This document shows, in pieces, positions 9,601 to 16,104 of a stretch of 32,000 nucleotides of DNA (its first letter is position 1; each line of letters opens with the position of its first letter). The notes under the pieces are model-generated. The model did not search any database. It was not told the DNA's origin and was given only the letters and a program-made list of their open reading frames with translations. Source of the DNA: an uncultured bacterium (lineage in GTDB: Bacteria; Patescibacteriota; Gracilibacteria; UBA1369; PNNO01); the NCBI GenBank assembly GCA_963704705.1, contig OY969931.1:90001-122000 (forward strand), read 5' to 3'. A program made the translations under genes and the position numbers.

Positions 9601-10854
9601 ATGGCAAAATACATTGTACAGGGAGGTCAAAAACTCGAAGGAACCATTAAAGTCAGCGGTTCCAAGAATGCCGCATTACCTATTTTATGCGCAACCCTTC
9701 TTGCAAACGAAAAATCTATAATTAAAAATGTTCCGAATATTGCTGATATAAAAGCCATGATTCAGCTTCTTGAATTTCTTGGATGTAAAGTTGAGTTCAG
9801 CAACGGCACTGTTGAGGTAGATCCGAAAAATCTTAAAAGTAAAACAGCTTCAATGGAAGGGGTTTGCAATATGAGAGCATCTGTTCTTTTGCTCGGTCCT
9901 TTGCTTGCGCGCTTTGGAAAAGCCAAGATGTCGTTTCCGGGTGGATGTATTTTGGGTAAGCGTCCTGTTGATTCTCATCTTTCAGCGCTCGAAGGCCTTG
10001 GCGCAAAGGTGGTTGATGAAAATGAAATGATCAGCATGATAGCACCACAGTTGAAAGGCGCAGACATCACAATGAAAGAAATAAGCGTTACAGCAACTGA
10101 AAATGCAGTTATGGCAGCGTCAGTTGCCAAAGGAAAAACCCATATTAGGCTTGCCGCAGCTGAGCCACACGTTCAGGATCTCTGTAAATTTCTTAATAAA
10201 ATGGGCGCTAAAATTAAAGGAATAGGAACACATGATCTTCAAATTGAAGGCGTAGCTAAGCTAAAAGGCGCAACACATACTGTTACAGGCGATTATCTTG
10301 AAGCCGGAACATTCGCGATTGCCGCAGCACTTACAAACGGAAAAGTTAAAATAACCGGCATAAATCCACACGATCTCGACATTGTTTGGAATAAATTTGA
10401 AGAAGCCGGCATTGAATATAAAATCGACACTGATTCAATTACTATATTACCTCATGGTCGCCTTAAAAATGTGGCAAAAGTGCGTACTGCTGTTTTTCCG
10501 AGTTTTCCAACAGATCTTCAGGCTCCATTTACAGTTCTTCTTACCATGATTCCAGGAGAGAGCATGGTTCATGAAACACTTTTTGACGGCCGCTTAAATT
10601 ACCTTGCTGAGCTTGAAAAAATGGGGGCAAAATTTGATATTTTGAATCCTCATCAGGCGATTATTCATGGGCCGCACAAATTAAAGGCAGCACCAATTTC
10701 ATCTTGGGATATTCGCGCTGGAGCAGCCATGGTTTTGGCTGCGCTTGCAGCAAAAGGCACAACAGAAATAAGCAACATCGGATTTATTGATCGCGGTTAT
10801 GAAAATTTGGAAGGAAAATTAAAAAAGCTGGGCGCTAAAATCGAGAGAGTTTAG
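9601..10854 (+). CDS. murA: UDP-N-acetylglucosamine 1-carboxyvinyltransferase MurA
   Basis: 417 aa. MAKYIVQGGQKLEGTIKVSGSKNAALPILCATLL, an active-site loop FPGGCILGKRPVDSHL with the catalytic Cys, and C-terminal IDRGYENLEGKLKKLGAKIERV. Confidence 0.95.
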   Translation: MAKYIVQGGQKLEGTIKVSGSKNAALPILCATLLANEKSIIKNVPNIADIKAMIQLLEFLGCKVEFSNGTVEVDPKNLKSKTASMEGVCNMRASVLLLGPLLARFGKAKMSFPGGCILGKRPVDSHLSALEGLGAKVVDENEMISMIAPQLKGADITMKEISVTATENAVMAASVAKGKTHIRLAAAEPHVQDLCKFLNKMGAKIKGIGTHDLQIEGVAKLKGATHTVTGDYLEAGTFAIAAALTNGKVKITGINPHDLDIVWNKFEEAGIEYKIDTDSITILPHGRLKNVAKVRTAVFPSFPTDLQAPFTVLLTMIPGESMVHETLFDGRLNYLAELEKMGAKFDILNPHQAIIHGPHKLKAAPISSWDIRAGAAMVLAALAAKGTTEISNIGFIDRGYENLEGKLKKLGAKIERV

Positions 10855-10875
10855 ACACCCAGCAATTGTAGTTTT

Positions 10876-12042
10876 TTATGCTGCGCAGTAGGTTTCGGGG
10901 TCGTTTAGGAATGACGAGATGTTGTAGCTGTTACGTGTAGTAATTGCCTCAAAAGCACCATCCTCTTCTGAATCGAATCCGTGATAAATTAATTTTTCTT
11001 TTAATAAGGGAGCCAAATCTTCTTCCAAATTTAAATCCAGACTGAATTCTCCTGCATCATATAATTCGCATAACATTTCTTTATTTGCTGCATCAAATCT
11101 TTGTTTTTCACCAAGTATAAGTCTGTAAATATTTTCACTTACTCCTCCTCTTGTTATAAAATCACCCGGATTATATAAACCTGTTTCTTCCAATAAATTC
11201 AATTCTGCAGCTGTTATTACATAAGTTGAATACCATTGATCAAGTCCTACATCTTCAAATGGAGATTCCGGCAAATAGGATAATCTTACATTGAATATTT
11301 CTAAAAGCATTTTAATCGCCTCAACCTTTAATACATTGTTTCCCGGTTTAAATGTTCCATCTTCATATCCTTCAACCCATCCTTGTTCTTTAGCAAAACA
11401 AATGTATCGAGCAAACCATTCATCTCCTACATCAGGAAAACAATTATTATATTGATTTGCATCAGGGTCATAACCAGCTCCAAGAACCAATATTTTCATT
11501 AATTCAGCTCTTGTTAGATTATTGTCAGGCTTAAAAGTACCGTCAGGATAGCCTTCGACAATCCCTTTATCATACAAATATTGAATAGCTGTTTCGTTTT
11601 GATGTCCGGTGTAATCCGAAATATTCATTTCTGGTAACGATTCATAGCTATAAACAGTTATCACTTTTGATTCTGCGGACATTTCTGATGCATCATTCAT
11701 TACTGCATTTACTGTGTAGCTAACAGCTGAATCACCTTCTGCGATTGCAGTACAAACTAAAGTTGAGCTGTCAGGATTTGGCTGAGGAGAACAGTCTAAT
11801 ACAGCCGGATCATAATTCCATACAAAATCAAAACTTTCCATTCCAACTGAAACAATTTTTCTTGTAAAAGTTATTTCATCGCCAACTTCAACATCCAAAT
11901 AAGAATCGCCATTAGCATTTGTAATTTCTTTAGGGTCACTACCAAACACAACAAGAAGCTCGTTGTCTTGTGGCTGAGCAAAAGCAGTGCTGAATGGCAG
12001 CATTAATCCTATTACCAGCATTGCGATAAAGATTTTTTTCAT
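10876..12042 (-). CDS. Secreted SLH-domain surface protein
   Basis: 388 aa. Signal peptide MKKIFIAMLVIGLMLPFSTAFA, an Ig-like N-terminal region, then SLH repeats (IQYLYDKGIVEGYPDGTFKPDNNLTRAELMKILV; ..GWVEGYEDGTFKPGNNVLKVEAIKMLL). Confidence 0.8.
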   Translation of the reverse strand: MKKIFIAMLVIGLMLPFSTAFAQPQDNELLVVFGSDPKEITNANGDSYLDVEVGDEITFTRKIVSVGMESFDFVWNYDPAVLDCSPQPNPDSSTLVCTAIAEGDSAVSYTVNAVMNDASEMSAESKVITVYSYESLPEMNISDYTGHQNETAIQYLYDKGIVEGYPDGTFKPDNNLTRAELMKILVLGAGYDPDANQYNNCFPDVGDEWFARYICFAKEQGWVEGYEDGTFKPGNNVLKVEAIKMLLEIFNVRLSYLPESPFEDVGLDQWYSTYVITAAELNLLEETGLYNPGDFITRGGVSENIYRLILGEKQRFDAANKEMLCELYDAGEFSLDLNLEEDLAPLLKEKLIYHGFDSEEDGAFEAITTRNSYNISSFLNDPETYCAA

Positions 12043-12085
12043 TACTTTTAAGGGTTATTAATATGCGAAAATTATTTTACCTTGC

Positions 12086-12904
12086 TTAAAAAATAAAATC
12101 CACCCTCCCCTCAATATCATTTCGCCTTACCTCGAACCCTCTTTCCATATATTTTTGCAGACTTTCTTTGTGAGGATGGCCAAAGCTATTACCTTCACCG
12201 CTTTGAATCACAACAGTTGAAGGGGAGACTTTATCCAAAAATTCATCAGAAGAAGCTGTGCGGCTGCCATGATGTCCTGCTTTATAAATATCAGCAGATA
12301 AATCAAAACCTGACTCAACCATTTCGGATTCTTCATCTATTTCAGCATCACCGCTTAACATAAATGAAAAATTGGGCCCGATTAGACGCATTGCAACCGA
12401 TGCATTATTTAAATTTTCAAATTCCTTTCCTATCATAGAATGCTCCGGCCACACAACATCCAAATATATAAACGAACCAATTCTATAATCCTGATCAGCC
12501 TTGGCATAAATAATCGGCACATCAAGCTCAAGCAATTTTTGATAATAAGGATTCCAGGAAGGCGTTCCAACAAGCATCAATCGTTTTACATCATATCTTT
12601 TCAAAACTTCAACAAGACCATTTACATGATCCGCATGCGGATGCGTTAAAACAACTAAATCAATTGTTCGGTTGTAGCGCGGCATCACGTCAGTTATGCG
12701 CTCAAGAACATTCATGAAAGGCCCTCCATCAATCAAAATAAAATAATCATCAGGTGTGCGAACAAAAATGCTGTCACCCTGCCCGACATCTAAAAACGAA
12801 ACGCGGGTTTGTGCGCTAGGCAAATCAGCAATCAAAAATCCGCCAATTAAGATTAGCGAAATTAAAAATGTGATAATTTTAGTTGGGCTTAGCATAATAA
12901 GCAA
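12086..12904 (-). CDS. Membrane-anchored MBL-fold metallo-hydrolase, ComEC/Rec2 C-terminal-domain type
   Basis: 272 aa. N-terminal TM helix, then FLDVGQGDSIFV...LVVLTHPHADHVNGL...AGHHGS...FGHPH, the beta-lactamase-like domain typical of the ComEC C-terminus. The OB-fold (DUF4131) and competence-channel domains are not present in this ORF. Confidence 0.8.
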   Translation of the reverse strand: MLIMLSPTKIITFLISLILIGGFLIADLPSAQTRVSFLDVGQGDSIFVRTPDDYFILIDGGPFMNVLERITDVMPRYNRTIDLVVLTHPHADHVNGLVEVLKRYDVKRLMLVGTPSWNPYYQKLLELDVPIIYAKADQDYRIGSFIYLDVVWPEHSMIGKEFENLNNASVAMRLIGPNFSFMLSGDAEIDEESEMVESGFDLSADIYKAGHHGSRTASSDEFLDKVSPSTVVIQSGEGNSFGHPHKESLQKYMERGFEVRRNDIEGRVDFIF

Positions 12905-13005
12905 TTCTAACCAACAATCATTAAGAAAACTTAAACTTTTTCTAAAATTTACTTGCCGGGCAATCCCACTTTGGTCGGCAAACCCCCTTTGCTAAGCAAG
13001 CTAAT

Positions 13006-13034
13006 AAAAAAACCCCCGCGTTTTACAGCGAGGG
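13006..13034 (-). terminator. Rho-independent terminator downstream of the FN3 surface-protein gene
   Basis: The minus strand reads CCCUCGC-UGUAAAAC-GCGGGGG followed by U7. A second imperfect hairpin (13050-13086) lies directly after the stop codon. Confidence 0.7.
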
Positions 13035-13100
13035 TCTTTTAGGATCTTTCTTTGCGAATCTTCGTAAATGCACGAAGGATGCAAAGTATTATTGAGAAAC

Positions 13101-14672
13101 TTATTTATTCTTTTTTCGTCTTCGTAGTGCTGCTAAGCCGAGTGCCGCTCCAGTTAGTAGCCCTAATCCAGGTCCGGTTTCTGGTAACTTAATGTGTGCG
13201 ATCATTCCATCGCTCTCTTCTCCGTCTGCGTTTTTAGTAGTAAGTTTAAAGTAATATTCAGTTCCAGGAGTTAAACCTGTTACATCAACTTCTGAACGAT
13301 CAGCTCCAAGTGAAGTTCCGTCGTCATAGTTAGTTCCGCCATCAGTACTTCTATATAGGATTTGATCGATAATTGAAGGATCATCTGGTTTATCCCAGGT
13401 TAATTTAACAACAATGTCAGTAACTAAAGAAGCCATGAAGTTTTTAACATTTTCAGGTGTCAAAGCCATGCTTGGCTCTTCGTCACCATTTGCTATCACA
13501 TCAGGTTCTTCGGTATTTGGAAGGTCAACCGACATTGTCTCTCCTTGATTTCCCATAAAATCTGCGCTTGTATTTGAAGCGGTTTCATTTCCTGCTTCAT
13601 CAAGAACGCCACTTATAATAATGGTATAACTAGCATTTTTTTGTTTAGTTGTTTTAATTGTTGCAACAGTTCCTGTTGAATCGAGTGAAACATTGATTAT
13701 ATCAAGAACATCAGTTGCATCATCAGTTGCTGCAATGAAGAAATTTAAAGATGGATCACTATCCAAGATAACTGGTTCAGAGAATACAACCTTCATTTCA
13801 TCTTCTGCAGTTGATTCCGCTGAAACAACTTCAGGAGCGATGAAATCATCTGCAGGAAGTTCTCCTGTTAAATCAGAACCAGGTTCAATTGTGCTTCCAA
13901 TGAATGCTGCGGTATCAGATGTTCCGCTTACAATTGGGTTTCCTGCAGTGTCTTCAATCTGGATTCCGGCAGTCAAAATATATTCTGCTCCGCCTTCCTG
14001 AGAGTCTGTTGTTAAAAGTACAGTACCACCAACAACATCATCAGGATCCATTTCAACAGATAAAACATTAAGAGGTTCTGAAGTTGCATTGTTAACAATG
14101 CTGAATGCGCCTTCCGCATCTAGTGCAGGAAGAACAATTGCTTCAGAAAATTCCACTTTTACTGTTTCCATATCAACTGCCTGAGCATCACTTACAGTAG
14201 GAGGTTCTTCATCAGCAGCCATATGTTCTGCTTCCGGAGCCGGTCCAAAACTTGGATCAGGTGTTCCGTAAACTTCGTTACTATAGCTTTCGCTTTCATT
14301 GCCTGCTGCGTCATATGCAGTCACAGCAAAGTAAACAGTCTCACCATTTGTAAGACCATCAACTAAATATTCAATAACGTCACCGGCATCGATAACATCA
14401 TTTGAATACTCACCTTCGTCCACACTTACTGGGTCAGGACCAGAATAGATTTTGTATCCCACAACCTCTGTGTCGTCGGTTGCCACGTCCCAGCTTAGCA
14501 TAACTGCGCTGTCGTAAACCTGAATATCAAGGTTTTCAACATCATCCGGCGCAGTAGTGTCTACTTCGCCTGCAGCGCTTGCATTCGGTATTATGCTAAT
14601 CATTAGCAGAAAACCGATCGCAGCAGTTGCCAGCCAAAACAGTAGTTTATTTTTTGCGGCATGTGTTTTCAT
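13101..14672 (-). CDS. Acidic surface protein with FN3 and Ig-like (SbsA-type) domains and a C-terminal LPETG-type sorting signal
   Basis: 523 aa. Signal/anchor MKTHAAKNKLLFWLATAAIGFLLMISIIPNASA. FN3 domains at both ends (VENLDIQVYDSAVMLSWD...GYKIYSG...YFAVTAYDAAGNES; VVKLTWDKP...YRSTDGG...GTEYYFKLTTKNADGEES). Two internal Ig-like repeats. C-terminus KLPETGPGLGLLTGAALGLAALRRRKKNK. Confidence 0.85.
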   Translation of the reverse strand: MKTHAAKNKLLFWLATAAIGFLLMISIIPNASAAGEVDTTAPDDVENLDIQVYDSAVMLSWDVATDDTEVVGYKIYSGPDPVSVDEGEYSNDVIDAGDVIEYLVDGLTNGETVYFAVTAYDAAGNESESYSNEVYGTPDPSFGPAPEAEHMAADEEPPTVSDAQAVDMETVKVEFSEAIVLPALDAEGAFSIVNNATSEPLNVLSVEMDPDDVVGGTVLLTTDSQEGGAEYILTAGIQIEDTAGNPIVSGTSDTAAFIGSTIEPGSDLTGELPADDFIAPEVVSAESTAEDEMKVVFSEPVILDSDPSLNFFIAATDDATDVLDIINVSLDSTGTVATIKTTKQKNASYTIIISGVLDEAGNETASNTSADFMGNQGETMSVDLPNTEEPDVIANGDEEPSMALTPENVKNFMASLVTDIVVKLTWDKPDDPSIIDQILYRSTDGGTNYDDGTSLGADRSEVDVTGLTPGTEYYFKLTTKNADGEESDGMIAHIKLPETGPGLGLLTGAALGLAALRRRKKNK

Positions 14673-14777
14673 TTTGTTTGTGTTAGGTTTATTTTTATTT
14701 AAATCACATCATTATAACAAAAAATGCCAATCCGGGCAATCATGTAGACTTTACGAAAATATAATTTTGTTGAATGA

Positions 14778-16022
14778 TTATTTCTTTGTGTTTTTGCTTA
14801 CACTTACCTTCACAATTTTATTTCCAACGATTTTTAATATTTTTATTTTTGCATGAGGCAAATCAATAATTTCTCCGTTTTTTGGGAATCGATTCAGTTT
14901 GTCTAGTATTAAAGCTGAAATAGGCTCTTTTTCATGACCCTTTATGCTTATTCCAAGAAAATCATTAATATCTTCCAGTTTGGTAACACCGTGCGCTTCA
15001 ATTTCAAATTCAGAAACTGCTGAAATTGGCATTTCTTCAATATCCGATTCATCAATTATTTCACCTACAATTTCTTCAAGGAGATCTTCCAAAGAAACAA
15101 TACCCGCGGTTCCCCCATATTCATCAATAACAACGGCTATATGAGTGCGCGCTTTTTGAAATTCTTTAAACAAAACATCTATTTTTTTGCTAACTGGCAC
15201 AAATAAAGGATTTTTAAGTTCGCAATTTGCAAGTTTTTTATTGTAATTAAATTGTTCCGATAGCATCAAAATATCCTTGATTGTCACAATTCCCACAACA
15301 TTATCAATTGTATTTTTATAAATTGGAATTCTGGAATGTGATTTTTTAATAACGAAATTTATAGCATCTTGCAACGTAGTGTCTTCAGAAAGCGCATCAA
15401 CGGAAATTCTGGGAGTCATCACTTCTTCAACAGTAATATCATTAAACTGTAAAATATTTTTTAAAAGCTCTTTTTCGCGTTTTTGAATACTGCCTTTTTC
15501 AGCTCCCAAATCAATCAATGCTTTAATTTCTTCTTCACTTACTTCTTCATCATTATATTCATGACCCATTAAATTAATGAGGAATTTAACCAATTTATTC
15601 ATGACCCAAATAATCGGGCTGAAAATAATTTGCAGCATATAAAGAGGCTTAGCCACAAAAAGTGCTATTCCAACTGAATATTTAGTGGCGAATGATTTCG
15701 GAGTAATTTCACCAAAAATTAGAACAAGAAAAGTCATCACACCTGTTGCAATTCCGAGTCCTGATGAACCAAAAGCATTAGTAAAAACAACCGTAGCCAA
15801 CACTGAAGCTGTGATATTTACCAAATTATTACCTATTAAAATGGTAATTAATAGTTTGTGTGGATCTTTTTTTAATACATCTAATATATTTGCACTCTTT
15901 TTTTTCTCTTTTACAAGACTTCTAACTCTGGCATCACTAACAGAAATAATGGCTGTTTCGCTTCCGGAAAAGAATCCGGAAAGAATTATTAGTAAAATTA
16001 AAGAAATTATTTGTATCGTCAT
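14778..16022 (-). CDS. CNNM/HlyC-CorC family transporter (DUF21 TM domain, CBS pair, CorC_HlyC domain)
   Basis: 414 aa. N-terminal 4-TM DUF21 (FFSGSETAIISV...GEITPKS), CBS pair (VEEVMTPR...VGIVTIKD), and HIAVVIDEYGGTAGIVSLEDLLEEIVGEI, the hallmark of this family. Confidence 0.9.
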   Translation of the reverse strand: MTIQIISLILLIILSGFFSGSETAIISVSDARVRSLVKEKKKSANILDVLKKDPHKLLITILIGNNLVNITASVLATVVFTNAFGSSGLGIATGVMTFLVLIFGEITPKSFATKYSVGIALFVAKPLYMLQIIFSPIIWVMNKLVKFLINLMGHEYNDEEVSEEEIKALIDLGAEKGSIQKREKELLKNILQFNDITVEEVMTPRISVDALSEDTTLQDAINFVIKKSHSRIPIYKNTIDNVVGIVTIKDILMLSEQFNYNKKLANCELKNPLFVPVSKKIDVLFKEFQKARTHIAVVIDEYGGTAGIVSLEDLLEEIVGEIIDESDIEEMPISAVSEFEIEAHGVTKLEDINDFLGISIKGHEKEPISALILDKLNRFPKNGEIIDLPHAKIKILKIVGNKIVKVSVSKNTKK

Positions 16023-16104
16023 GATTTTATTTTACCAAAAAAAGGGTTTTATACAATCGAATAAACGTATATAATTTCTGCGGCCTTTTTTAACGTGCAA
16101 AAAA

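Noticed and set aside
12905-13000. Moderately GC-rich, hairpin-containing spacer upstream of the MBL gene as a structured ncRNA or riboswitch
   Set aside because: The stems are short or imperfect (TTGCCG...CGGCAA with a 17-nt loop, and TTGC-TTA-GCAA) and I recognise no motif. It is more simply the terminator region of the upstream gene plus the promoter and leader of the MBL gene.
16023-16104. T-box or other leader upstream of argS
   Set aside because: Only 82 nt separate the divergent starts, and there is no specifier or antiterminator architecture. The spacer is too short for a T-box.
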